The position numbers and the translations under genes are program-made. The notes under the pieces were generated by a model. The model was not told the origin of the DNA and made no database searches. It saw only the letters and a program-made list of their open reading frames with translations. A stretch of DNA of 64,000 bases, from the NCBI GenBank assembly GCA_963695545.1, contig OY968796.1:128001-192000 (forward strand), in the 5' to 3' direction. This DNA is from Terriglobia bacterium. Its GTDB lineage: Bacteria; Acidobacteriota; Terriglobia; Acidiferrales; UBA7541. Below are positions 1 to 9,264 of the stretch, piece after piece (positions within the stretch are counted from its first letter, which is position 1; every line of letters begins with the position of its first letter).

Positions 1-969
1 GCCGGCACATTTGTGTACGCTCCGCTCGCCGGAGTAACGCTCGGCGGCGGCGCTCAAGTGCTCGCCACCACATTCACGCCCACCGACGCGGTTGACTACA
101 CGACCGCGACCGCGACGGTAACTTTGACCGTGAACCCAGCCGTGACGACCACGACGCTCGTCTCGTCGACCAATCCATCCAACGCGAACGCGAACGTCAC
201 GTTCATGGCCACCGTCACCTACGCCGCGGGCTCGCCCACCGGCAGCGTCACGTTCAGTAGCGGCGCCACACTGCTCGCGACGGTCACGCTCTCGAGCGGC
301 TCCGCAACATTGATCACCGCCGCTTTGCCGCTCGGCGCCGACAACATTACGGCCACCTTTATCGCGGGCACGAACTTCGCGACAAGTACCTCGCCAATCT
401 TGGTGCAAACCGTGATCGCCCCGAACTTCACGATCGCTCCTGCGTCGGTTGCGCCGCTCCCGCCAGTCGCCGCGGGCCAGGCGATCATCATTCCGATCAC
501 ACTTGGCCCGGCAACTGTAGCCGGAGGAACGGTGCTCTTCTCCGCGACTGGTCTGCCGCCGAACAGCAGCATCGTCTTCGCTCCGCCCAGCCTCTCGGTC
601 AGCACTGTGGCGCAGAACACAGTCATCACGCTGCAGACCACGCCGCAATTCCCCTACACCTCGCGCCACCCTGGGCCGTTTGGCGGCTGGCCTAGCCCGC
701 GGCAACTCGAGTTCGCCGCGATCGGTCTTCTGCTTGCAGCTTTCGGCCTCTTCTGGGCCACCACGCGCAAACGCCGCGGCTGGGTTCTGGCGTTTGGAGG
801 GCTCGCCCTTGCCGCAATTCTGGGAGGCTGCGCGACCACCGGCAGCAGCGGCAGCGGCACAGGAAACTTCTCGAGCTTCGGCACGACTCCGGGAACCTAC
901 CCCGTTGTCGTCACCGGAAGCGACGGAAGCTACCAGCATTCCACGACGGTCAACGTCGTCGTGAATTAG
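1..969 (+). CDS. Ig-like (Big_3-type) repeat surface protein, C-terminal part (begins before window)
   Basis: Thr/Ala/Val-rich beta repeats (TTTTLVSSTNPS..VTFMATV..PTGSVTF), then two hydrophobic segments around RKRR, LGGC and a terminal GTTPGTYPVVVTG..HSTTVNVVVN; frame open from base 1. Confidence 0.8.
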   Translation, partial: AGTFVYAPLAGVTLGGGAQVLATTFTPTDAVDYTTATATVTLTVNPAVTTTTLVSSTNPSNANANVTFMATVTYAAGSPTGSVTFSSGATLLATVTLSSGSATLITAALPLGADNITATFIAGTNFATSTSPILVQTVIAPNFTIAPASVAPLPPVAAGQAIIIPITLGPATVAGGTVLFSATGLPPNSSIVFAPPSLSVSTVAQNTVITLQTTPQFPYTSRHPGPFGGWPSPRQLEFAAIGLLLAAFGLFWATTRKRRGWVLAFGGLALAAILGGCATTGSSGSGTGNFSSFGTTPGTYPVVVTGSDGSYQHSTTVNVVVN

Positions 970-1122
970 TGCCGGGCCATTGGATCGCGCCGAATTTCGG
1001 AGATCCGGCAACGAAGCCGTTTGCCGATCGCGGCGCACGAAGCATTCATCGAGGCTTGCAGTTACATCGACGAAAGCAATGAGAACGGGATTGAGCACGT
1101 CCACGAGGAGGGATAGAAAGGC

Positions 1123-1752
1123 ATGGAACCGAACCGCACATCGAACTCATCGCACACGGTCACGTGGCAGCGCAAGAATCTTCTCGCCGCCTTAGTAACC
1201 TTCGCGCTCTTGCTGATCGCCGCACCCGCGGCGCGCGCCCAGAATACCAACGTCGGCAGCATCAACGTCGACTATTCCTATCTCCGCGCCGATTCCTCCG
1301 GAAACGGCGGCGTCTTCTCCGCGGTCGGCGGCACGATCATGGGCGGATTCGATATTCGTGGCCCGCTCAGCATCGTTGGAGAGGTGCAGGGCTATTCCTT
1401 CCAGGGCCAGCCCGTCGGGACGAAAGGCCAAATGCTGATCTACGTCTTCGGCCCCGAACTGCAAGTCCCCATTCATCATTCGCCGATTTCCGTTTCGGCT
1501 GACGTGCTCTTCGGCGGCGGCTATCTCCGCGGCGAAGAGTCCGGCCAAGTGGCCTCCTCGAACGCCTTCGTCTTCGATTTCGGCCCGGGATTGATCGCCA
1601 ACGTTCGCGACCGCTGGTCCATTCAAATCGTGAAAGTGGAATATTTGATGACCAACTTCGCGCGCAACGACGGCGCCGCCGGCCGTCAGAACGACATGCG
1701 AATCTCCGCCGGCTTCACCTTCAACTTCCAGCGCAGAAGGACATACCATTAA
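1123..1752 (+). CDS. outer-membrane beta-barrel protein
   Basis: signal peptide ending ARA-Q, alternating amphipathic strands, C-terminal RISAGFTFNF; RBS-like GAAAGG upstream. Confidence 0.75.
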   Translation: MEPNRTSNSSHTVTWQRKNLLAALVTFALLLIAAPAARAQNTNVGSINVDYSYLRADSSGNGGVFSAVGGTIMGGFDIRGPLSIVGEVQGYSFQGQPVGTKGQMLIYVFGPELQVPIHHSPISVSADVLFGGGYLRGEESGQVASSNAFVFDFGPGLIANVRDRWSIQIVKVEYLMTNFARNDGAAGRQNDMRISAGFTFNFQRRRTYH

Positions 1753-1780
1753 TCACGGCGCCATCGCGAGCCGCGCTCCG

Positions 1781-1812
1781 CACTCGCCACTCGCCACTCG
1801 TCACTCGTCACC
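1781..1812. repeat. short tandem heptamer repeat (CACTCGC/CACTCGT) x4
   Basis: cactcgc cactcgc cactcgt cactcgt cac between convergent genes. Confidence 0.7.
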
Positions 1813-1819
1813 AGCCTCG

Positions 1820-2758
1820 CTAGTGCGTCGGTGGCGGCAAAGCAGTCGGCGGCGGAAGCCCCGGAGCCACCGGATTCGGATCCATCAATTCCAGCCGCGT
1901 CCCGTCTGGATCGTACAAATTGCACTGCCACTTGTTGTCCGCGCCGATCTTCGGCACGATCGTCCTCGTGTACAAACCCGTCGCCGCGCGGCTCTTCAGC
2001 GTGTCGGCCGTCTTCGGCATCTGGCCTGCCTCCACTGCCAGCGCCACGTGATTGTTCACGCCGCGATGATCCGGCGCCGGATATGGCCCGTATAACATGA
2101 ACTCCACGTAGTCCACTCCGTCCGGCACTTTCATATCGATCCAAGTCACATTTTTTCCGTTACCCGAACCACGCCAGAATTCCGTGAATCCCAGAATCCC
2201 GTTGTAAAATTTGTTCGCCTTATCCAGATCGCCCACGATAAATCCCGTGTGCAAAATTCGATCGCAAATCCGCGTGTCCGGCAAATGCTTCCCGATGTCT
2301 CGCCCCGTCAGGCTATGCGGCTCGTATTGCACAAACTGAAGTAAGTGCCCATCCGGATCCTTCACCTCGAAACTCTTGTCGCCCGTCTGGTCCTTCATCA
2401 CCTTCGCCGGCACTTCCACGCCCTGCGACTTCAAATATCGCCGCATCTGCTCCGCGTTATCCGTGTATACGGCGGTGTGCTCGAGCTGCCCTTCTCCGCG
2501 ATCCTTCTCGTTATCGAGCTCGAGAAATTGATGATCATTGATCTTTACGAACGCCACGCGCACTCCGCCCGAATCGTTCGGCAGCGTGAACGCCTCCTGA
2601 TACCCCAGAAAATCCTCGTAGAACGCGCGCGATTTCGCCAAATCCGAAACGAAGTACGAAACATTCGCCAGCCCCAATATCTTCGGCCGCTTCACCGCCG
2701 TTTGCGCCGATAGCGACGTGGCCATCAGCAAGCATCCCAACAATCTCAATAATTTCAT
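1820..2758 (-). CDS. secreted VOC/glyoxalase family protein with two VOC domains
   Basis: start MKLLRLLGC with signal peptide; VSDLAKSRAFYEDFLG, KDPDGHLLQF, VGDLDKANKFYNGILG and YDPDGTRLEL motifs. Confidence 0.85.
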   Translation of the reverse strand: MKLLRLLGCLLMATSLSAQTAVKRPKILGLANVSYFVSDLAKSRAFYEDFLGYQEAFTLPNDSGGVRVAFVKINDHQFLELDNEKDRGEGQLEHTAVYTDNAEQMRRYLKSQGVEVPAKVMKDQTGDKSFEVKDPDGHLLQFVQYEPHSLTGRDIGKHLPDTRICDRILHTGFIVGDLDKANKFYNGILGFTEFWRGSGNGKNVTWIDMKVPDGVDYVEFMLYGPYPAPDHRGVNNHVALAVEAGQMPKTADTLKSRAATGLYTRTIVPKIGADNKWQCNLYDPDGTRLELMDPNPVAPGLPPPTALPPPTH

Positions 2759-2903
2759 TCCCGTCCCCCGTATCCATCGAGCCCTGCTAACGCCGCGGGC
2801 GCTCGCGTTCTTGCCACAATCGCCGCATATTGTGTCACCATCCGCCCTCGCGGTCCCTCGATATTTGCCCGGTGCCGGCGCTGCGAGCCTCCGCACAAAT
2901 TTC

Positions 2904-2942
2904 TTGACTCTCGAATTGCCCTAGGCTATTCAACTCTAGGCC
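2904..2942 (+). promoter_or_regulatory. putative sigma70 promoter with overlapping CCTAG..CTAGG inverted repeat (candidate PadR operator)
   Basis: TTGACT-17 bp-TATTCA; cctag-N11-ctagg spans the -10. Confidence 0.4.
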
Positions 2943-2990
2943 TTGGCGTAAATACCGTCAGGCCAATGCATACGCAAAGGCCCTTTCACC

Positions 2991-3332
2991 ATGAAAACCA
3001 GCGAACAACGAGATCTTTTCCCTGGCGCGCTCGAAATCATGATTCTCCGCACTCTCAAGCGCCAGCCGCTGCACGGCTACGCCCTGGTCCAGCACATCAA
3101 ACGCGCCTCCAACGATTTGCTTGAAATCGAGGAAGGCTCGCTCTATCCCGCTCTCCAGCGCCTGCTCAAGGATAAATTAGTCAGCGCCGAATGGGGCGTT
3201 TCCTCCACCCATCGCCGCGTGCGCGTTTACAAGCTCACGCCCGCGGGCAAAAAACATCTCGATCACGAAGTCTCAAAATTCGAGCGCATGCTCGACGGCG
3301 TCACGCGCGTCCTCGCGCCCGCGAAGTCATGA
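2991..3332 (+). CDS. PadR family transcriptional regulator (acidobacterial type)
   Basis: LHGYAL..IEEGSLYPALQRL..RVYKLTPAGKKHL winged helix; ATGA overlap with next gene. Confidence 0.95.
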   Translation: MKTSEQRDLFPGALEIMILRTLKRQPLHGYALVQHIKRASNDLLEIEEGSLYPALQRLLKDKLVSAEWGVSSTHRRVRVYKLTPAGKKHLDHEVSKFERMLDGVTRVLAPAKS

Positions 3333-5992
3333 ACTGGTTCACAAAATTGTTCTCCCGTCGCCGCTACGACGACATCTCCGAAGAAATTCGCGAGCATCTC
3401 GACGAAAAAGTCGACGAACTCGTCGCCGGCGGAATGTCCCGCGCCGACGCCATGGCCGCCGCGCGCCGCCAGTTCGGCAATGTCGCGCTGATCGAAGAAC
3501 GCACGCGCGAAGTCTGGCGCTGGGCATGGCTTGAAAATTTATTTGCCGACGTCCGCTACGCCCTGCGCATGCTCCGCAAGAGCCCCGGCTTCACCGTCGT
3601 CGCCATCCTCACGCTCGCGCTCGGCATCGGCGCCAACACCGCGATCTTCTCCGTGGTCAACGCCGTGCTCCTCCAGCCGCTCGCCTACCCCAATCCCGAT
3701 CGCCTCGTCGAACTCGAACTCAGCTCGCCGCAAGGAAATGGGAATATCACGTCGATCCCGAAGTTCAACATCTGGCGCGAGCAGACCCAGGTGTTCGATT
3801 CCGTCGCGGCCTACGATCTCTCCGGTCCCGGCATCAATCTGATCGCAGGAGATCGCCCCGAGCAGCTCAAAGGCATCCACGCGTCGGCAGATTATTTCCA
3901 GGTGTTTGGCGCGCCCGTCGCGCTTGGCCGCACCTACACCGACGACGAGGATCGCCCCGGTGGCCCCGCCGTCGTTGTGATCAGCAACGGATTGTGGCGC
4001 AGCACGTTCGGCGGCGATCCGAATATCATCGGCCGCACCATCGATCTCGGCGGAGATCCCTACACGGTCATCGGAGTCCTCGGCCCCACTTTCGCGAGCG
4101 ATCCCGTGAGCGACCTTTGGCTTCCGCTCAAGGCTGATCCCAACAGTATCGATCAAGGACACTATCTGCGCTCCACGGCGCGCTTAAAGCCCGGTGTCAC
4201 CTTGGCGCAGGCGCAAGCCGCGATGAAGCTTGCTGCGGATGAGTTCAATCGAAAATTTCCCAACGCCCGTTTGGGCCCCGGAGGAAGCTTCACCGCCATT
4301 CCGCTGCGCGACAGCGTGATCGGCGATGTGCGTTTCGGTTTGCTGCTTCTTTTCGGAGCCGTCGGCTTCGTGCTCCTGATCGCCTGCGCCAATGTCGCCA
4401 ACTTGCTTCTCGTCCGCGCCGCGATCCGCCGCGGCGAAATCGCCATCCGCGCCGCGCTCGGCGCCGGACGCGCCCGCCTGATCTCGCAATTGCTCACGGA
4501 AAGTTTGCTGCTCTCGCTCGCCGGTGGCGCTCTCGGCCTCGTCCTTGGCTATTTCGGTGTGCGCGCTCTTTTGACCATCAATCCCGGCAATGTTCCGCGC
4601 ATCGGAGAGCAAGGCGCCGCCGTCACGCTTGACTGGCGCGTGCTCCTGTTCACTTTCGCCGCGTCCGTGGTCACCGGAATTTTGTTTGGACTCGTTCCCG
4701 CGCTCAGCGCTTCGCGCTCCGATCTCAATAGCACGTTGCGCGAAAGCGGCACGCGCTCCGGCTCAGGCGTGCGCCACAATAAAGCCCGCTCGGTCCTGGT
4801 GATCACGGAAATGGCGCTCGCTCTCGTTTTGCTCGTCGGCGCCGCTTTGCTGATTCGCACTTTCGGCGCGCTGCGCGGCGTCGATCCCGGCTTCGACGCG
4901 CACAACGTCTTGACCTTGCAAATGTCCCTCACCGGCGCGCGCTTTGAAAAAACCGACGGCGTTGCCGCACTCGAGCGCGACGCGAGCCAGCGCATCGACG
5001 CCCTCCCCGGCGTCTCCGCCGCGGCCATGACCTGCTGCCTCCCGCTCGAAGGCGGCTTCGGTTTGCCCTTCACCATCGAGGGACGTCCGCTGAAAGATAG
5101 CCCGTATCACGGTGGCGCGGGCTATCTGCCGATTTCTGCGGGCTATTTCGACGTCTTTCACATTCCCATCCTCAGTGGCCGCGCCTTCACCGATCAGGAC
5201 ACCACCGCCTCGGATCGCGTCGTGATCATTGATCAGGCCATGGCCAAACAATATTGGCCCAAAGGCGATGCCCTCGGCGCACGCATCACCATCGGCAAAG
5301 GTGTCGGACCGGAATTTGATGAGCCGCCGCGCCAAATCGTTGGCATCGTCGGCGATGTCCATCAGGGCGCGTTAAGCAGGCCGCCGGATCAGATCATGTA
5401 CCTGCCCATCCCGCAGCTCAACGATGGAATTATGGCGCTCAATAACCGGATCGTTCCCATGACCTGGGTCGTGCGCACAAAATATCAGCCTTTCTCGCTG
5501 AGCGCCGACATTCAGCGCGAATTGCGCGAATCGAGCGGCGGCCTGCCCGTAGCTCACGTCCGTAGCATGGAACAAGTAGTTGGCAATGCCACCACGCGCA
5601 ACGATTTCTATATGACCCTGCTCTCCATTTTCGCCGGCGTCGCGCTCCTCCTCGCCGCCATCGGCGTCTACGGCCTGATGGCCTATTCCGTGCAACAGCG
5701 CACGCAGGAAATCGGCGTGCGCATCGCTCTCGGTGCCAGCCCGCAGCAAGTGCGTCGCATGGTCGTGTTCCAGGGCATGACGCTCGCGTTCATCGGCGTA
5801 GTTCTCGGCGTCGCCGCCGCGCTCGCACTCACGCGCCTGATGCGCACTTTACTGTTCGGCGTGAAACCATGGGATCCCGCAACGATCGTGCTCGTGGCCG
5901 TCCTCCTCAGCGCGGTCAGTCTCGTCGCCACCTATCTCCCCGCCCGCCGAGCCAGCCGCGTCGACCCCATGGTCGCCCTCCGTTACGAATAG
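3329..5992 (+). CDS. ADOP-type duplicated ABC permease (2x MacB_PCD/FtsX)
   Basis: EEIREHL..AARRQFGN N-terminus, KSPGFT..TLALGIGANTAIFS, LLIACANVANLLL, RRASRVDPMVALRYE. Confidence 0.95.
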   Translation: MNWFTKLFSRRRYDDISEEIREHLDEKVDELVAGGMSRADAMAAARRQFGNVALIEERTREVWRWAWLENLFADVRYALRMLRKSPGFTVVAILTLALGIGANTAIFSVVNAVLLQPLAYPNPDRLVELELSSPQGNGNITSIPKFNIWREQTQVFDSVAAYDLSGPGINLIAGDRPEQLKGIHASADYFQVFGAPVALGRTYTDDEDRPGGPAVVVISNGLWRSTFGGDPNIIGRTIDLGGDPYTVIGVLGPTFASDPVSDLWLPLKADPNSIDQGHYLRSTARLKPGVTLAQAQAAMKLAADEFNRKFPNARLGPGGSFTAIPLRDSVIGDVRFGLLLLFGAVGFVLLIACANVANLLLVRAAIRRGEIAIRAALGAGRARLISQLLTESLLLSLAGGALGLVLGYFGVRALLTINPGNVPRIGEQGAAVTLDWRVLLFTFAASVVTGILFGLVPALSASRSDLNSTLRESGTRSGSGVRHNKARSVLVITEMALALVLLVGAALLIRTFGALRGVDPGFDAHNVLTLQMSLTGARFEKTDGVAALERDASQRIDALPGVSAAAMTCCLPLEGGFGLPFTIEGRPLKDSPYHGGAGYLPISAGYFDVFHIPILSGRAFTDQDTTASDRVVIIDQAMAKQYWPKGDALGARITIGKGVGPEFDEPPRQIVGIVGDVHQGALSRPPDQIMYLPIPQLNDGIMALNNRIVPMTWVVRTKYQPFSLSADIQRELRESSGGLPVAHVRSMEQVVGNATTRNDFYMTLLSIFAGVALLLAAIGVYGLMAYSVQQRTQEIGVRIALGASPQQVRRMVVFQGMTLAFIGVVLGVAAALALTRLMRTLLFGVKPWDPATIVLVAVLLSAVSLVATYLPARRASRVDPMVALRYE

Positions 5993-6036
5993 GTGATGTC
6001 ATGACAAGTCCCAACCGCGCGCTCTGCGGTGCTTAA

Positions 6037-8706
6037 ATGAATTGGTTTACAAACTTGTTCTCGCGTCGCCGCCGCTACGATGACATCTCCGAAGAAATTC
6101 GCGAGCATCTCGACGAAAAAGTCGACGAGCTCGTCGCCGCCGGAATACCCCGTCCCGACGCCATCGCCGCCGCGCGCCGCCAGTTCGGCAATGTCGCTCT
6201 GATCGAAGAACGTACCCGCGAAGTCTGGCAATGGTCCTGGCTTGAAGATCTATTCGCCGACATCCGTTACGCTCTGCGCACGCTCCGCAAAAGCCCCGGC
6301 TTCACGGCCGTCGCCATCCCCACCCTCGCCCTCGGCATTGGCGCGAACACCGCCATCTTCAGCGTGGTCGATGCCGTGCTTTTCCGCGCGCTTCCTTATC
6401 GCGACCCGGGCCGCCTAGTCTGGGCGACGAACTTTTTCCCAGAGCAAGGTCAGGATTTCGTTTTTCAGAATATATATGCGGGTTGGCGCGATCAAAGCCA
6501 TGTGTTCAAGAGCATCGCAGCGTACTCGCCCTCGGCCGAATATACGCTTACTGGCGCGGGGTTCCCTGAACGCATGCGGGGCGCCCAAGTCACCTCAAGT
6601 TTCCTCGACGTCTTGGGCGTCACGCCGCAGCTTGGGCGCAACTTTATCCCGGAGGAAGGCCGCCCTGGCGGACCAAAGGTCGTGCTCTTGAGCGACGCAG
6701 TATGGAGGTCGATCTTTGGCTCCGATCCGAAAGTGGTCGGACGAGGCATCGCGCTTGACGGCACTCCCTATACGGTTGTTGGAGTGCTCCCGCGCGATTT
6801 CGAATTTCTCGACAATAGCTCGGTCGACCTGCTGGTTCCCATGCAGTTTGCGGACACTGCTATAGAGGAAGTGAACGGACGTGCGGTGTTCAGACTTGAG
6901 ACGATGCAGGTGGTGGCGCGGCTGCGGCCGCGCGTGAGTGTAAGCGCCGCAGTGTCCGAACTGGATCCGATCAACGAGCGCGTCGTGAGAGACCTTCCTA
7001 GCCACGGTATATGGCTGCTCAATGACGCGCAAGCCCAAGTGATTTCGCTCCACGATCGAGAGATCGGCAACGTGCGTCCGGCGCTGCTCGTGTTGTTGGG
7101 AGCGGTCGGGCTCGTGCTGCTGATTACCTGCGCGAACGTGGCCAACATGCAGCTTGCCCGAGCGGTCTCGCGTGATAAGGAGGTCGCCATTCGAGGTGCG
7201 CTTGGCGCAGGACGTTGGCGGCTGGCTCGGCTTCTGCTGACGGAGAGTTCTGCGGTAGCGCTGGCCGGCGGCGCAGCTGGACTGCTCCTGTCAGACTGGA
7301 CGATCCGGCTGATTCAGCGCTTTGGGCCCGCGAACATTCCGCACTTGCAAAGCGCGCGAATCGATGAGCGCGTGCTGATGTTTACGCTCGGGTTGTCGTT
7401 GCTCACGGGCATCTTGTTTGGATTCGCGCCGGTAGTGGCCGCGTTTCACGTCTCATTGAACGACACACTGAAGGACGGCGCTTCGCACAGCGGAGCGAGC
7501 AAGGCCACGCGGCGCGCACAACAGATGCTGATTGTGACGGAGATCGCGCTTTCCTTCGTCCTGTTCACTGGCGCCGGTCTGCTGGTGAAGAGCTTCCGTC
7601 GACTCACGGCGATCCATCTAGGATTCGATCCGCATGGAGTGCTGACGGCGCGCGTGGCGCTGCCGCGGGATCAATATCAATCCGAAGACCAGCAGCGGGC
7701 TTTTTTCCAGCAGCTTGTCGCGAAGCTCCAGGCTCTTCCCGGAGTTGATTCAGCGGGAGCAACGGCTTGGGTTCCGCTCCGCGGAATCACAATGTTCTCA
7801 TTGATAGGGATCGAGGGGCAGCCGCCGCCGGACTTTTCCATGTCCGACGTTCCGAACGCGAGCGCTAATTCCGTGACGCCGGGGTATTTCGCGGCTCTGC
7901 GCATTCCCTTGATTGAGGGCCGTCTTCTCGATGAGCGCGACGGCGCAAGCGCACCGAATCCAGTGCTCGTAAACCAGGTCTTTGTGCACCGGTACTTCCC
8001 GAACGGCAATGACCCGATCGGCCAGAAATTCAACGGCGACGTGGGCGCAGGAACCGACGGGCTGCAGACCGCCACCATTGTCGGAGTGATTGGCGACACC
8101 AACGAAGAAAGCCTGGTGCGCGAGACCATCCCGGAAATAACGGTGTCGGCGTTGGAGTATCCGCGATTCGCGATGACGCTTGTGCTACGCACATCGGCGG
8201 ACCCTCTAAGCCTTGTCTCGGCCGTTCGCTTGCAAGTAAGCGAACTCGATAAGAACCTGCCCATCTACGACGTGCAGACGATGGATAACGTGGTCTCCGC
8301 CGAAATCGCTTCGCAGAGATTCAATGCGGGTGCCGTGGCGGGTTTCGCAGGGCTTGCGGCGCTGCTGGCGGCGGTCGGAATCTATGGTGTGACGGCTTAC
8401 GCGGTCAGTCAACGGACGCACGAAATGGGCGTGCGCATCGCTCTCGGTGCCGGACCCCAGCAAGTGCGCCGCATGGTTGTGTTCCAGGGCATGACGCTCG
8501 CATTCGTCGGCGTGGCTTCGGGCGTCGGCTCCGCGCTCGCGCTCACGCGCCTGATGCGCAGCCTGCTCTTCGAGGTAAAACCATGGGATCCCATGACCAT
8601 GGTCCTCGTCGCCGTCCTGCTAGGCGCCGTCTCACTCGTCGCGACCTATCTCCCCGCCCGCCGCGCCAGCCGTGTCGACCCCATGGTCGCTCTTCGCTAC
8701 GAATAG
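6037..8706 (+). CDS. ADOP-type duplicated ABC permease, second copy
   Basis: same motifs as 3329..5992; near-identical ends, divergent middle. Confidence 0.95.
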   Translation: MNWFTNLFSRRRRYDDISEEIREHLDEKVDELVAAGIPRPDAIAAARRQFGNVALIEERTREVWQWSWLEDLFADIRYALRTLRKSPGFTAVAIPTLALGIGANTAIFSVVDAVLFRALPYRDPGRLVWATNFFPEQGQDFVFQNIYAGWRDQSHVFKSIAAYSPSAEYTLTGAGFPERMRGAQVTSSFLDVLGVTPQLGRNFIPEEGRPGGPKVVLLSDAVWRSIFGSDPKVVGRGIALDGTPYTVVGVLPRDFEFLDNSSVDLLVPMQFADTAIEEVNGRAVFRLETMQVVARLRPRVSVSAAVSELDPINERVVRDLPSHGIWLLNDAQAQVISLHDREIGNVRPALLVLLGAVGLVLLITCANVANMQLARAVSRDKEVAIRGALGAGRWRLARLLLTESSAVALAGGAAGLLLSDWTIRLIQRFGPANIPHLQSARIDERVLMFTLGLSLLTGILFGFAPVVAAFHVSLNDTLKDGASHSGASKATRRAQQMLIVTEIALSFVLFTGAGLLVKSFRRLTAIHLGFDPHGVLTARVALPRDQYQSEDQQRAFFQQLVAKLQALPGVDSAGATAWVPLRGITMFSLIGIEGQPPPDFSMSDVPNASANSVTPGYFAALRIPLIEGRLLDERDGASAPNPVLVNQVFVHRYFPNGNDPIGQKFNGDVGAGTDGLQTATIVGVIGDTNEESLVRETIPEITVSALEYPRFAMTLVLRTSADPLSLVSAVRLQVSELDKNLPIYDVQTMDNVVSAEIASQRFNAGAVAGFAGLAALLAAVGIYGVTAYAVSQRTHEMGVRIALGAGPQQVRRMVVFQGMTLAFVGVASGVGSALALTRLMRSLLFEVKPWDPMTMVLVAVLLGAVSLVATYLPARRASRVDPMVALRYE

Positions 8707-8787
8707 CGCAGAGCAACCACCGCAACTCCCGGCAAGCCCGGCGGCGGCGCAGCTCGGCCGACGCCCCAAGTCCTCACGACGGGCCAC

Positions 8788-9092
8788 CAATTCGAACGCA
8801 CCCCAGGAAGAGGAAATCCTGTGGATTCCTATTCGAATAGCTATATAATTATATTGACGCATACGCTATCGACATGCTATGGTTCGGTATGAATCGCGAA
8901 CGCAAACCATCGCTAAAAAGCCCCGAGAATCGCCATTTTCAGCACCTTTTCACCCGCAACACTTCTAGAATCAACACTTCTGAAAAACGCCATTTTAAAC
9001 CTTTTGGAATCACCACTTCTGGCGCAAAGGACTTAAAGTCGATTAGAATCAGCACTTCCAAAAAAGCACCCGGGGGGGAGGGGGTACCCAGG
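8788..9092 (+). repeat. dispersed intergenic element copy 1 (TTCGAA palindrome, promoter, 39-bp-periodic GAATCANCACTT array, G-tract)
   Basis: CTATTCGAATAG 8829-8840; TTGACG 8854, TATGGT 8878; GAATCANCACTT at 8968, 9007, 9046; CCGGGGGGGAGGGGGTACCC at end. Confidence 0.7.
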
Positions 9093-9264
9093 CCTCCACG
9101 CATCGTCTTTTTCGATCCTTTCGCGGAACGTCTCGCCCCGCGCGACCGTCGGCATCGGCCCGCCCTCAACTATGGGCAAACGTTTACTCACATCTTCGTG
9201 CTAGAATCGCCCCGTTCGCGCCCCGTTCGCGCAGACGCCCCTACTTCCGAGGAGGAAGCCCGCC

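Noticed and set aside
8960..9060. 39-bp periodic repeats as a CRISPR array
   Set aside because: Only a 12-bp core is conserved, the unit is too short for repeat plus spacer, and no cas genes are present.
9072..9086. GGGGAGGG as a KOPS/dif terminus signal (also near 56704)
   Set aside because: It is embedded in element G-tracts; I recognised no dif site, and two hits cannot show polarity.
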